A DNA stretch of 64,000 nucleotides from Acidimicrobiaceae bacterium (GTDB lineage Bacteria; Actinomycetota; Acidimicrobiia; Acidimicrobiales; RAAP-2), in the NCBI GenBank assembly GCA_003141095.1, contig PLKM01000010.1:36693-100692 (forward strand), read 5' to 3'. The notes beneath the pieces were generated by a model that searched no databases, was not told the origin of the DNA, and worked only from the letters and a program-made list of their open reading frames with translations. The position numbers and the translations under genes were made by a program. Shown piece after piece: positions 47,325-57,230 of the stretch. The first letter of the stretch is position 1, and each line of letters begins with the position of its first letter.

Positions 47325-48076
47325 AAGAGTTTCGCCGCGCCGTGCAGCGGCGCCTGATTCCCGTCAATCTCCACGCGACACGAAAGCGCTGCGAAGATGC
47401 CGGGCGCCACGCGGCGCGCATTACCGCCGGCCAGATGGACCGTCGAGGCGCCGAACTCGTCGGAGAAGTTCTTCACCGCCTTCACCAATTCGTGCGACCA
47501 CTTGAGCCCATTCAACGAGCGGGCGTGCTCGCCCACCAGCTGGTCGTAGGTCAGACCTGCTTCAACGACCTCCGCACCCACATCGCGAACCTTTCGAAGC
47601 TCTCCGTCCACGCTTAACGCCAGCCCTAAGCCGGTACCCAACGTGAGCACGAGTTCGACGCCCTTGCCGCTGCAACAGCCGAGGGCCGCCATCTTGGCAT
47701 CGTTGACAACACGTACGTCTCGATGCGTCGCCGCACAGAGCACGTCTTGAAGGGCGAACCCACGCCACTCGCCGTCGAGACCGGGGTCCCTTTCGGTGGT
47801 GACGCCGCCCGGTCGCGAGAGGTTGCCCGGTCGAATGACGTGGCCGTTGTCGAACTCACCGGGAAAGCCAATGCCCACCAACTTGGCATCGCTTCGAGCT
47901 ATCCGCTCACTGAGAAGTTCCACGAGCCGTGCTGGCGTGCACGGGTATGGGGTGGGCTTACGCCGAATTGACTCGAGCAGCTCACCTTGGTAGTCAACGT
48001 GGCAGAACTTGATATTGGTCGCCCCGATGTCAATCGCCAGAATCCGCCCAAACTTCGAATCCTCTACGCGCGTCAT
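47315..48076 (-). CDS. ROK family sugar kinase (polyphosphate glucokinase-like)
   Basis: IDIGATNIK, VNDA, LTLGTGLG, GGNA. Confidence 0.8.
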   Translation of the reverse strand: MTRVEDSKFGRILAIDIGATNIKFCHVDYQGELLESIRRKPTPYPCTPARLVELLSERIARSDAKLVGIGFPGEFDNGHVIRPGNLSRPGGVTTERDPGLDGEWRGFALQDVLCAATHRDVRVVNDAKMAALGCCSGKGVELVLTLGTGLGLALSVDGELRKVRDVGAEVVEAGLTYDQLVGEHARSLNGLKWSHELVKAVKNFSDEFGASTVHLAGGNARRVAPGIFAALSCRVEIDGNQAPLHGAAKLFYG

Positions 48077-48095
48077 TGACAAATGGTAGTAAGCG

Positions 48096-49244
48096 TCAGA
48101 GCGCTCCCCGGTCACGCAGACGTCGTTGGCGCCACCACGGCCTCAACCTCACCACAAAAACCGGTCTCCTTCCGGCCACGACCAACGCGGTGCCAGTGGC
48201 GCGCTCTCGAATCGATTCGACCTTGGATCCCTGCTTGAAGTCACTCAGTTCGGGGAGGTATTTCGAGACGGTCGGATCAGCCAATCCGCCTAAGACCACT
48301 CTGGTCGTGTGATTGTTCACAATCGTGGCGGCTCGTGGCCCCCACCTCGCCGCCAGTTGGGCGAAGTCCTGGACCACCGTGATCAACGTCACGTCAAGGC
48401 CGCTCACGGTCGCGGCGAGTTGATCGAGCTCTTCCAGTGACGCCACCGTCGCTGCTTCGTCCAAGACCATGAGCAGGGGACGCTGGCGACCTTGATCAAC
48501 CAGTAGATGCTGTTCCTCGAGGACCATTCGAAGCGCTCCGCGAAAGAGCGATTCGTAGTGCTCTTGCTCACCGCGCGGACTGCACAGGTACATGGTGTTG
48601 GAACCGGCGACGACGCTGCGCACTCGAGCGAGGGGCTGGCGAAAACGCCAAGGCAGCATCATTGTCTCAGCGGTGGTGAGAACCCCGTCGAGTGTCTTGG
48701 CGTCGTGTTCGAGAAAGGTGCGCAGCACGCCGGCGGCGTCGCTGGAGGGGCCATCGTGCAGCCACTTCTCAAAACTTCGCCGTTCAACGGTCATCGCCAC
48801 GTCGAAAATGTCGGCGGAGTGATCGAGGGCCAGCATCAAGAGCGCCGCCACCAGTTTGGCCGCGAGCGTGTTCCAGAAGTCGTTGTCGCCCCGGCTCGAC
48901 GAACCCGAGGTGAAGTCGCGTGCGACGCGAAGTGCGTGACGAAGCGAGGAGACCCCCTCCAAGGGATTCCACGTCAAGCCGTGGTCGAGCCCGGGCTGGA
49001 GGACTTGGACTTCGCCCAATGAAGAGCGCCACTTCTCCGTGGCACGCACGACGTCGCTCTTCACGCTCGTCACCACCGCCGCCCCGGTCCAATTGAGGAG
49101 CGAGGGCACCACGAGTGATGACGTCTTGCCGGCTTGGGTCGGACCAACGATCAGCAGCGAGTTCTTGGGCTCGAGCTGAATGCGCCGTCCGTACGCGACG
49201 TTGTGCCAGGAACGCCGCCCTAGGTAGGGCCGGTCGCTACTCAC
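48096..49244 (-). CDS. VirD4/TraG-like coupling ATPase, lacking an N-terminal TM anchor
   Basis: VGPTQAGKT, VTSVKSD, WNPL, VLDEAA, VVQDFAQL..RWG. GTG 49244 overlaps the upstream stop. Confidence 0.8.
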   Translation of the reverse strand: MSSDRPYLGRRSWHNVAYGRRIQLEPKNSLLIVGPTQAGKTSSLVVPSLLNWTGAAVVTSVKSDVVRATEKWRSSLGEVQVLQPGLDHGLTWNPLEGVSSLRHALRVARDFTSGSSSRGDNDFWNTLAAKLVAALLMLALDHSADIFDVAMTVERRSFEKWLHDGPSSDAAGVLRTFLEHDAKTLDGVLTTAETMMLPWRFRQPLARVRSVVAGSNTMYLCSPRGEQEHYESLFRGALRMVLEEQHLLVDQGRQRPLLMVLDEAATVASLEELDQLAATVSGLDVTLITVVQDFAQLAARWGPRAATIVNNHTTRVVLGGLADPTVSKYLPELSDFKQGSKVESIRERATGTALVVAGRRPVFVVRLRPWWRQRRLRDRGAL

Positions 49245-50415
49245 GGGCCTCGACGCGCATGGCGCCGTCGGTGTCAACGAAGGCCAGATCACGATCATCG
49301 GGCTTGAAGCGAACGATTGAGCGGTGCGATCCGTATCGAACGAGGGCCACCCCTTTGGGAAGGGCCGTCAGGTACTGCTCCTCGCGAGCATGCAGTGCGA
49401 GGGCCACGCCCATTTCGTGGGCCTCATCGGGGGGTTGGCGAAAGAGCCAGGCCGTCTCGCACTCGCGCAGCAGCCCCTGGGCTCGTTCTCGTTGCGCGCT
49501 CCCCGCGTTGCCCGCAGCGGCGACATCGGTCCATCGGTGCAGAACGAGAACGTGGCTAAGCCCCCGGGACCTGGCGAGCTTCCACGAACCTTGCAGCCAG
49601 CGCAGGGCGTGGCTGTCCGAGAGCAGCGCCCACGCTTCGTCGAGCACGAGATAACCCAGTCCTCCTTCACCCGCCGCAACCTGTTGCGCGGCCCCCACCG
49701 CGCTCAGGGCGGCAATCGACAATGAATCCGATGACCACTGGGCCGACAGGTCGAGCACAACGAGGTCCCCGCGAAACTCCATCGGCGCACCATCTCCGTC
49801 GAAGAGCCCCGCCAGGTCACCGTGGACAAATCGGTGCAGCGTCATCGCGAGACCGCGCTCCTCGGAGAGTTCCGCGTTCGCGATGGCGGGACGAAGTTCC
49901 TCGTAGAGCGCGCGCAGCAGGCGGGTCGGACGAGGTGTCGCCAGGCGCTGGAACGCCTCGTCAATCGCGTAGTGCTGCTCGCCCGACAGCGTCGATCCCT
50001 GGGCGGTTGCGACGAGGGCTCGTACCATGTCCCGGCTCTCCTTTTCGTCGCTCGGGAACGGATTGCACCAGCCATCTCTTCCCAACGCCACTGGATTCAC
50101 GCCGTACGACCTCGCGAGCGCGCCGTACTCGCCCTTGGGGTCGATGACGACAACGCGGCGCCCCCGAGCCAACGCCCGATCCAGCAGCATTTTCACAACG
50201 GTGCTCTTGCCCGCCCCAATCGACCCGGCCACGATCATGTTGGGGTTCGACACCAGCCCCGCCTCGTATCCGTCAAAAGGGTCGAAGACGAAGTCAACAC
50301 CGCGCAGCGAGCGACCGAGCGAGCGACCCCGAAGACCCGAACCCGCGTCGTGGGCCGGCAGTCGAAGGCTGCTCAGGTCGCTGGTCGTCGCCCAGTGGGT
50401 CCATGGTCGCGTCAC
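49237..50415 (-). CDS. Short actinobacterial VirB4-like ATPase
   Basis: FDPF..Y..GLVSNPNM, GSIGAGKS, IDPKGEY, LDEAW, KLARSRG. Confidence 0.85.
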   Translation of the reverse strand: MTRPWTHWATTSDLSSLRLPAHDAGSGLRGRSLGRSLRGVDFVFDPFDGYEAGLVSNPNMIVAGSIGAGKSTVVKMLLDRALARGRRVVVIDPKGEYGALARSYGVNPVALGRDGWCNPFPSDEKESRDMVRALVATAQGSTLSGEQHYAIDEAFQRLATPRPTRLLRALYEELRPAIANAELSEERGLAMTLHRFVHGDLAGLFDGDGAPMEFRGDLVVLDLSAQWSSDSLSIAALSAVGAAQQVAAGEGGLGYLVLDEAWALLSDSHALRWLQGSWKLARSRGLSHVLVLHRWTDVAAAGNAGSAQRERAQGLLRECETAWLFRQPPDEAHEMGVALALHAREEQYLTALPKGVALVRYGSHRSIVRFKPDDRDLAFVDTDGAMRVEARE

Positions 50416-51482
50416 CAGCCCGGACCGCCCGGAAGCTGAAAGCAGAACCAGGGCAACTGGCGACCAGCCCCCCGTTCAACCCGTATTCCCGACTGCTCGG
50501 CGGCTCGAACCACCTGCTTGGTGCTCACCCGCAACTCGTCCAGCGACCCGGCCCGCACCGTCACGAAGACCCCGATGCGTAGCAGGGCCTTACCGCTCGC
50601 CACCAGCTCCTCGCGCTGTCCGACCCGCTCGATCGAGAGCGCGGATCGAGCAGAACGGCGAAAACCCGCCGCTCGCGACACCGCGCCGTCGCTGCCCAAC
50701 CGGTGTACCGCCCGCGCCGCCATGCGCTGCGCCTTGGCTCCTTCAACAACATCGAAGTGCAGTGCGGTGGCGACCCCTGGGGAGTTCTGCTGCAGTTGCT
50801 CCAAGAGCGCGCGACCGCTCGTCACCGCGGTGAAATCTCGGACACGCAGTACTCGAACGAGCCCGCGACGCGTACGCACGTAGCTCCACCGCTCCAGCAG
50901 GCCCAAGCGGCCAGAACTGTCGTCGAAGCCCACCACATCTCGAACCAATTGATCGTTCGCCTTCCAACCCTCGCACGCCGAGGCGCTACTCGCGAGAGTC
51001 ATGAGTGTTCGAACTCCCTCGCTCGCGCCACTCACGTGCACAGAGACATGGCTCGATTCCGCCCGCATCGACAGTCCGTTGGCGAGCTCGCACAGTCTCT
51101 CCGCGTTGACGAAATCGGCCCCCGAAAGATCAAGACGCCCCCGATGTTCCAGTTCGTAGCCTCGTATCACGACGCTGCCCCGAGCGCGCAGATCCCATCC
51201 GATGTCGCTGGGCTCCATCGCGACCACGTGCCAGCGAGGTCGAAGCAGATACTCCACAACGACGCTGAGCAACTCCCCGTTCGTAAGGCCATCGCGCGCC
51301 GGCACCGCGCAGCCGAGGAGCGCCACGCCGACCACCAGCTCGATGGTGAGGCTCTGCGCCCTCACCATCCAGTCGCCGACCAGACCCAGTCCGAGGACGA
51401 TCAGCACCGCCTGATGACGACGGATGCCGATCCAGCGATCATGAGCGTCGGACTCGCCAAGCGCCACGTGGTCACTCGTCAA
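50412..51482 (-). CDS. SCO6880/PrgI-like T4SS membrane component
   Basis: Two N-terminal TM helices; C-terminal GRQ..WF..LPGG pattern; located between the VirB6-like and VirB4-like genes. Start TTG 51482 or ATG 51557. Confidence 0.65.
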   Translation of the reverse strand: MTSDHVALGESDAHDRWIGIRRHQAVLIVLGLGLVGDWMVRAQSLTIELVVGVALLGCAVPARDGLTNGELLSVVVEYLLRPRWHVVAMEPSDIGWDLRARGSVVIRGYELEHRGRLDLSGADFVNAERLCELANGLSMRAESSHVSVHVSGASEGVRTLMTLASSASACEGWKANDQLVRDVVGFDDSSGRLGLLERWSYVRTRRGLVRVLRVRDFTAVTSGRALLEQLQQNSPGVATALHFDVVEGAKAQRMAARAVHRLGSDGAVSRAAGFRRSARSALSIERVGQREELVASGKALLRIGVFVTVRAGSLDELRVSTKQVVRAAEQSGIRVERGAGRQLPWFCFQLPGGPGW

Positions 51483-52584
51483 AGTGCCACCCAACAACGG
51501 GTCCCATGTCGTCCGTGCGATAGGCCACGTGACCCCCTCGCGGCGTGGGCTCGCCAATCGGCGGTGGCATCTTCTCCCCGGTCATAGGGGGGAACTCAAA
51601 GTCGGGTCCGGCCTCCCACATTCCGAGGCCCAGATCGTCCGGGCGAGGGGTTGGCCCCGGTATTGGCGCGTCGGGCAGGAGCGAACGAGCCGCCGCCCCC
51701 ACGGGCGACGACGGCACGTTCGCAACGCCGCGCGTAAAACGCTGGCGAAGACCGTCGAGGTTGTGCAGCGCAGACTGTTCCACAAACGGAATGAGGCGAA
51801 GCAAGATGAATGGCGAACACGTGGCCAGCAGCATGGTCACCGCACCGGTAATTATCTGGGTGGCAGAAGACCCCTGGAGCTCATCAAGACCGAGCGACAG
51901 CGCTACGACGATCAAGAACTTGCTCGAGGCCACGGCGAGGAAGGTTTCGGCGAGACGCCAACCGACACGGCGCAGGGCCGGGAACGTGCAGAGGGGAACG
52001 ATCACGGGAACGAGCACCAGCAGCAGTGTCATCACCACGGAGCGCACGATCATCTCGCACCACAGCAGCCACGTGCCAACCACCACTCCCATTGCGAGCA
52101 AGAAGAGTCCAAAACCCGGCGTAGAGGCTTCCAGGTTTGTGAAGGCCGACACGATGGTGGCTTCGTGTTGCACCACGGCGCTCGCGGCGGTGCTCGAGAG
52201 TTCATTCACCGCCTGAAGCACCAGCGTGGTCATGGGGCGGGCGAGAATGATTCCCAATACGCAGGCCGGAGCCACTCCGAAGTACGTCCGCCACAGTGAC
52301 GCGCTATCGCCGTGCCGCAGAGCCTGCAGGGTGGAGACCAGGAGTCCGATCATCATCAGGATCGGCGACAGAACCAGCAATACGTTGAACTCCTGCGTGG
52401 CGGAACTCACCACAGTGATGGGCTCGCTCGCCGACGTCAACACCGCTCCCGCCGCGTTCAAGAGCCATTGCACGCTGCTCAGTACCCAACTGGTGAGGGC
52501 GCCGAAGAGATCGCCGAGGGTGGCCTTGGCGATAGACGTGGTGACGCACTTGGCCGGCGAAAAGATGCAGAGCAAATGGCTCAT
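51472..52584 (-). CDS. VirB6/TrbL-like polytopic membrane protein
   Basis: About six TM helices, WLLWCEMIVRS, SPFILLRLIPF and a Pro-rich tail; TGATG overlap with the upstream gene. Confidence 0.75.
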   Translation of the reverse strand: MSHLLCIFSPAKCVTTSIAKATLGDLFGALTSWVLSSVQWLLNAAGAVLTSASEPITVVSSATQEFNVLLVLSPILMMIGLLVSTLQALRHGDSASLWRTYFGVAPACVLGIILARPMTTLVLQAVNELSSTAASAVVQHEATIVSAFTNLEASTPGFGLFLLAMGVVVGTWLLWCEMIVRSVVMTLLLVLVPVIVPLCTFPALRRVGWRLAETFLAVASSKFLIVVALSLGLDELQGSSATQIITGAVTMLLATCSPFILLRLIPFVEQSALHNLDGLRQRFTRGVANVPSSPVGAAARSLLPDAPIPGPTPRPDDLGLGMWEAGPDFEFPPMTGEKMPPPIGEPTPRGGHVAYRTDDMGPVVGWHFDE

Positions 52585-52868
52585 CAGTGAACGCTGAGCC
52601 CGGCGTTGAAGAAGAAGTTAATCAAACTAGGCGCCGCACCGATCAGCACCGCCGCCACCAGCGAGGTCCCCACCGCCCGGCGTCCAGAGGCTGATTGATG
52701 CATATTTTGCGTATGACTTCCCACCGCCCAGAGCGCGGCGCCAATAAGGAGGGCTATCAGCGCGCCGATAAGGGCCCACGCGGCAATTCCGTCAGCTATT
52801 TGCTGCAATGCGGCGCTTCCGGGCAACGCGGTCGTCGAGGGGGTGAGGGTTACGCCTGCGAACAACAT
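52584..52868 (-). CDS. DUF6112 / VirB2-like pilin-type small membrane protein
   Basis: TPSTTALPGSAALQQIADG, WAVGSH..GRRAV..AAVLIGAAP..INFF. Confidence 0.75.
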   Translation of the reverse strand: MLFAGVTLTPSTTALPGSAALQQIADGIAAWALIGALIALLIGAALWAVGSHTQNMHQSASGRRAVGTSLVAAVLIGAAPSLINFFFNAGLSVH

Positions 52869-52946
52869 GGTGGACTCGCTTTCCGTTGTGGAATGCCCAA
52901 TGGTCGCTGTCACGTGCGTTCTGCGTTCTTCTGCGAGACTGGAATC

Positions 52947-54245
52947 GTGCTTATCGCTACAACCCCCAATGTGGTTTCTCACTGGCCCGACGTGTCGCTC
53001 TATCTCGCGGCATTTGGCGTTCTGGTTTTCGGCATCCTCATTGGCGTTCTCGCGAACCGCCGTCGAGGTCATCGGGCGATTGCCCAGCGGCTGACCGCCC
53101 TCGGTGGCCGCCTCGGCGTTGAACCCCACGACGACAACGGAAAGGTTGAAACTGCCCTGAGCTATCTCGAGGAGGCGACGGGTGCCGCAACGACCGCGGT
53201 CTCCGAGTCAAGTGCCGAGTCGATACGACTGCGCCGATCGCTCGACGCCATCCCCCTCGGCCTCGTTCTCTGCGATGAGTCCGGCGGGGTTATTTTTCGC
53301 AACACCCAGGCGGAGGCTCTTATGGCCAGTCGCTACGGCGACGCCATCGCCGCTCAAGCCGTGACCGATGTGTTGGCTGAAGGTTGGTCGAACGGCGTCG
53401 CCGAGCGCACGATCGACATCTACGGTCCGCCGCGTCGAACCCTGACAATTCGCGCGTCGGTGATTGACGACGGTCGCCGGCCCCTCGGGGTGATCGCCAT
53501 CATTGAAGACGTGTCGGAACGTCGTCGTCTCGAGGACATTCGCCGCGACTTCATTGCCAACGTCTCACACGAACTGAAGACCCCGATGGGTGCTCTGGGC
53601 CTGCTCGCGGAGACCCTGCAGTTCGAGCGTGACCCGGCGGTCGCCAACCGTCTCGCCGAGCGCATCAACTCCGAGGCCTTTCGCGTCAATCGAATCATTG
53701 AGGACCTTCTCGACTTGTCGCGAATCGAGGGTGAGGGCTCCCCAACGCGCGAGCCAATGCCCGTCTCACTCATCGTCGCCGACGCCATCGAGCGGATCCG
53801 CACCTCCGCCGAGCAGCACGAGGTGAAACTCCACTTCATGGAACCTGAGGCGAACTATGTGATCGTCGGAGACCGTCGCCAACTGATTTCTGCGGTCCAT
53901 GCGTTGCTCGAGAATGCGGTCGTGTACTCGCCAAGAGGTGGCGAGGTCACCATTTCAATCAATCGCGACGAGGCGACGACCAACGGGGACGGGGACGTCG
54001 TCGGACCCTTGGTTCATATCGCGATCAAAGACCAGGGTGTCGGAATACCCGCGAAGGACCTCGAAAGGATCTTTGAGCGTTTCTACCGCGTTGATCCGGG
54101 CCGCGCTCGCGAGACCGGAGGGACCGGCCTCGGCCTCAGCATTGTCCGTCACGTCGCCCAGAACCACGGCGGCACCGTCGTCGTTGAATCTCGCGAGGGC
54201 GAAGGATCAACATTCACCCTCGAACTTCCGATGAACCACAAATGA
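52947..54245 (+). CDS. senX3: Sensor histidine kinase, SenX3-like
   Basis: RRDFIANVSHELKTP, NAVVYS, DQGVGIP, IFERFYRVD, GTGLGLSIV; upstream of regX3. Start uncertain. Confidence 0.85.
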   Translation: MLIATTPNVVSHWPDVSLYLAAFGVLVFGILIGVLANRRRGHRAIAQRLTALGGRLGVEPHDDNGKVETALSYLEEATGAATTAVSESSAESIRLRRSLDAIPLGLVLCDESGGVIFRNTQAEALMASRYGDAIAAQAVTDVLAEGWSNGVAERTIDIYGPPRRTLTIRASVIDDGRRPLGVIAIIEDVSERRRLEDIRRDFIANVSHELKTPMGALGLLAETLQFERDPAVANRLAERINSEAFRVNRIIEDLLDLSRIEGEGSPTREPMPVSLIVADAIERIRTSAEQHEVKLHFMEPEANYVIVGDRRQLISAVHALLENAVVYSPRGGEVTISINRDEATTNGDGDVVGPLVHIAIKDQGVGIPAKDLERIFERFYRVDPGRARETGGTGLGLSIVRHVAQNHGGTVVVESREGEGSTFTLELPMNHK

Positions 54246-54964
54246 GCAAGAAATCCAACACCGAGGGCCGGATTCGCATCCTCGTCGTTGAAGACGAAGA
54301 GTCGTTCGTCGACGCTCTCACCATCGGACTCAATCGCGAGGGCTTCGATGTGACGATTGCTCGTGACGGCCAGGAAGCGCTCACCCTCTTCGGCCGCGAC
54401 ACCTTCGAACTCATTCTCCTCGACCTGATGTTGCCCAAGTTGTCCGGCTTGGACGTCTGTCGATCAATTCGCTCCATCAGTGATGTTCCCATCATCATCG
54501 TCAGCGCCAAGGGCGAGGAAGTCGACATGGTCTTGATGCTCGAGATCGGCGCAGACGACTACGTCACCAAGCCGTATCGCCTGCGCGAACTCGTGGCTCG
54601 AATACGCGCTGTGCTCCGTCGCCGAGAGGTTCACGATCACGTCGAGGTGAGCGAGGAGCAGATCGAACAGGGTTCCGTTCGTCTGGACATTGACGCCCGG
54701 CGCTGCTTCGTGCGCGGCGAAGAGGTGAAGCTTCGCAAGAAGGAGTTCGCGCTACTGCGCCTCCTGTTGGAAAACCCCGGTCGTGTCCTCACTCGCGAGG
54801 TACTCATCGACCGGGTGTGGGGCAACGACTACGTTGGCGACACCAAGACCCTCGATGTTCACATAAAACGGCTGCGAAGCCTCATCGAGGACGAGCCCAA
54901 GTCGCCCAAGCACATCACCACGGTGCGGGGCGTTGGTTACCGTTTCGAACTTACGAAGCCTTAG
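54242..54964 (+). CDS. regX3: Response regulator, RegX3-like
   Basis: LVVEDEES, GADDYVTKPY, DRVWGNDYVGDTKTLDVHIKRLR, TVRGVGY. Confidence 0.9.
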   Translation: MSKKSNTEGRIRILVVEDEESFVDALTIGLNREGFDVTIARDGQEALTLFGRDTFELILLDLMLPKLSGLDVCRSIRSISDVPIIIVSAKGEEVDMVLMLEIGADDYVTKPYRLRELVARIRAVLRRREVHDHVEVSEEQIEQGSVRLDIDARRCFVRGEEVKLRKKEFALLRLLLENPGRVLTREVLIDRVWGNDYVGDTKTLDVHIKRLRSLIEDEPKSPKHITTVRGVGYRFELTKP

Positions 54965-56258
54965 CTTCGATCCTCGTCTGGCCGCCCATGTACGGCGCCA
55001 ACACCTGGGGCAACTGAATTGAACCGTCGCCTTGACGGTAGGTTTCGACGAGCGCGGCCCAGATTCGAGCCCACGCCAGGGCTGAACCGTTGACGGTGTG
55101 GACGAACGCCGTCGTTCCGTCGCTCGTGCGGTAACGCACATTGGCGCGTCGAGCCTGAAAATCGCGGAACCAACTCACTGACGACACCTCCAGCCAGCGG
55201 TCCACGCCAGGGCTGAAGACCTCGAGGTCCATGGTTCGCGCCGCCGACGTACCCAGGTCTCCCGTGCAGAGATCAAGCAGTCGATAGGTGAGCCCGAGCG
55301 ACTGCAGAAGACCCTCGGCCCGGGCCAGGATATCGGCGTGGGCGGCTTCGGACTGGTCGGGGGTGCAGTACGCGAATAGTTCAACCTTGTCGAACTCGTG
55401 CACCCGAAGGAGCCCGCGCGTGTCCTTGCCCGCGGCCCCGGCCTCACGACGAAAGCACGCCGTCTGCGCGGTCAAACGAATGGGGAGCCGGGACTCGTCG
55501 AGGATCTCTCCTCGGTGCATGGAGGTGAGGGGCACTTCGGCGGTAGGTATTGCCCACAGCCCATCTCGCTCGATCGCGTACATGTCGTCGGCTGACTTCG
55601 GCAGGTGTCCCGTTGACATCATTGTCTCGGTCAAGGCAAAACTCGGAGGACGAATCTCCTCGTAGTCGCCCATGTGACTATCGAGGGCGAAGTAACCCAA
55701 AGAGCGCAGGAGCCGAGCCCCGGCGCCGCGATAGAGGGGGAACATCGAGCCAGCCAGTTTTGCTCCGGCCTCCATGTCGAGGATTCCGAGCTCCGCACCG
55801 ATATCCCAGTGAGCCACGCGCTGGTGGTCGGCGTACGTCGGAAAGGGAATACCCTCGTCCATGCCGACCCACCAGCGGCGCACCTCGACGTTGTCTCCCT
55901 CGTCGACACCGTCAGGCGCCTCGGGCGAGGGGAGGTTGGGGATCATCAGGAGCTGCTCGCGAAGAACCGAAGCGACGGCGTCCGTCGCTTGGGTGGCCAC
56001 GCGCTCGTGGTCTCCGAGTTCACGGCTTTTCGTGGCCAACCCGTCGGCGCCAGTCACATCCTTGTTTCGACGGGCTTCGCCCACCTGTCGAGAAAGCTCC
56101 TTCACCTCGGCGCGAAGCCCCTCCGCCTCTTGGAGCAGGCGGCGGTGCTCGACATCGAGCTCTAGAATCTCGTCCATCGTCGCTGACGAAACCCCCCGGC
56201 GGGCCAAGGCAGCCTTGACGAATTCTGGTTCCCGACGGAGCTGAACAAGATCGATCAT
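54951..56258 (-). CDS. serS: Seryl-tRNA synthetase
   Basis: IPTAEVP, CFRREAG, RGLLRVHEFDKVE, EVSSVS, HTVNGS. Confidence 0.97.
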   Translation of the reverse strand: MIDLVQLRREPEFVKAALARRGVSSATMDEILELDVEHRRLLQEAEGLRAEVKELSRQVGEARRNKDVTGADGLATKSRELGDHERVATQATDAVASVLREQLLMIPNLPSPEAPDGVDEGDNVEVRRWWVGMDEGIPFPTYADHQRVAHWDIGAELGILDMEAGAKLAGSMFPLYRGAGARLLRSLGYFALDSHMGDYEEIRPPSFALTETMMSTGHLPKSADDMYAIERDGLWAIPTAEVPLTSMHRGEILDESRLPIRLTAQTACFRREAGAAGKDTRGLLRVHEFDKVELFAYCTPDQSEAAHADILARAEGLLQSLGLTYRLLDLCTGDLGTSAARTMDLEVFSPGVDRWLEVSSVSWFRDFQARRANVRYRTSDGTTAFVHTVNGSALAWARIWAALVETYRQGDGSIQLPQVLAPYMGGQTRIEAKAS

Positions 56259-56318
56259 GCCCGCAAGCCTACCGAGGTGGGCTCAACGACCACGTGGAAC
56301 CGTCTAGGTTCAGATGTC

Positions 56319-57230
56319 GTGAGTAACGCTATCGAGGTCAAGAACCTGAGAGTCACCTTTGGCGATCTGCACGCCGTTGACGACGTCTCGCTTCACGTCG
56401 CGTACGGGGAGGTTGCGAGCTTGCTCGGCCCCAACGGGGCGGGCAAGACCTCTGTAGTCGAGACGCTGCTGGGTTTTCGCCCTCCGACCAGTGGCACCGT
56501 CCGTCTCCACGGACTTGATCCGATGCGCGACCACGCCGAAGTGGTCGCGCGCACCGGGGCCCTGCTGCAGCGCGGCGGCGTGTGGTTCCCCATGACCCCC
56601 GCCCAGGTACTCGAACTCACCGCGACTTACTACCAAGCACCCCGCAGCGCCTCTGAACTTCTGTCGCTGCTCGACCTCGATCGGTGCGCGCGTACCCCGT
56701 GGCGACGGCTGAGCGGTGGCGAGCAACAGCGCACGCTGCTGGCCCTCGCCCTCCTCGGTCGACCGCGAGTGTTGGTGCTTGACGAACCAACCACGGCGGT
56801 TGACCCCGAAGGTCGCCAGGTAATTCGCGAAATAGTTCGCTCCGAACGCGATCGCGGGTGTGCGCTGCTCATCACCACGCACGAACTCGACGAGGCGGAG
56901 CGACTCGCTGACTATCTCGTCATCATGAACCGAGGCCACGTCGTTGCCCAAGGAACTCTCGACGAACTCGCCGGCAGCCCCGAGATGATCATCGAGCTCT
57001 CTGGTGCAATCAACCCCACGGAGCTCGCGGAGGTTTTGGACTGCGTGGTTGTTCTCGACGGCCCGCTTCGTGTTCGATGTGCCGTGGGCTCGACCCCCGA
57101 ACGAATCACCGCAGTGACCACCTACCTCACGAGTGTGCAGGTAACGATGGTGTCACTGCGCACCCGCGCGTCGCTCGAGGAGCGCTACCTCGAGTTGATT
57201 GCCGACGAGCGAAGCGGGTTGCGTCAATGA
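56319..57230 (+). CDS. ABC-2 exporter ATPase
   Basis: GPNGAGKT, LSGGEQQR, VLDEPT, TTH. Confidence 0.9.
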   Translation: MSNAIEVKNLRVTFGDLHAVDDVSLHVAYGEVASLLGPNGAGKTSVVETLLGFRPPTSGTVRLHGLDPMRDHAEVVARTGALLQRGGVWFPMTPAQVLELTATYYQAPRSASELLSLLDLDRCARTPWRRLSGGEQQRTLLALALLGRPRVLVLDEPTTAVDPEGRQVIREIVRSERDRGCALLITTHELDEAERLADYLVIMNRGHVVAQGTLDELAGSPEMIIELSGAINPTELAEVLDCVVVLDGPLRVRCAVGSTPERITAVTTYLTSVQVTMVSLRTRASLEERYLELIADERSGLRQ

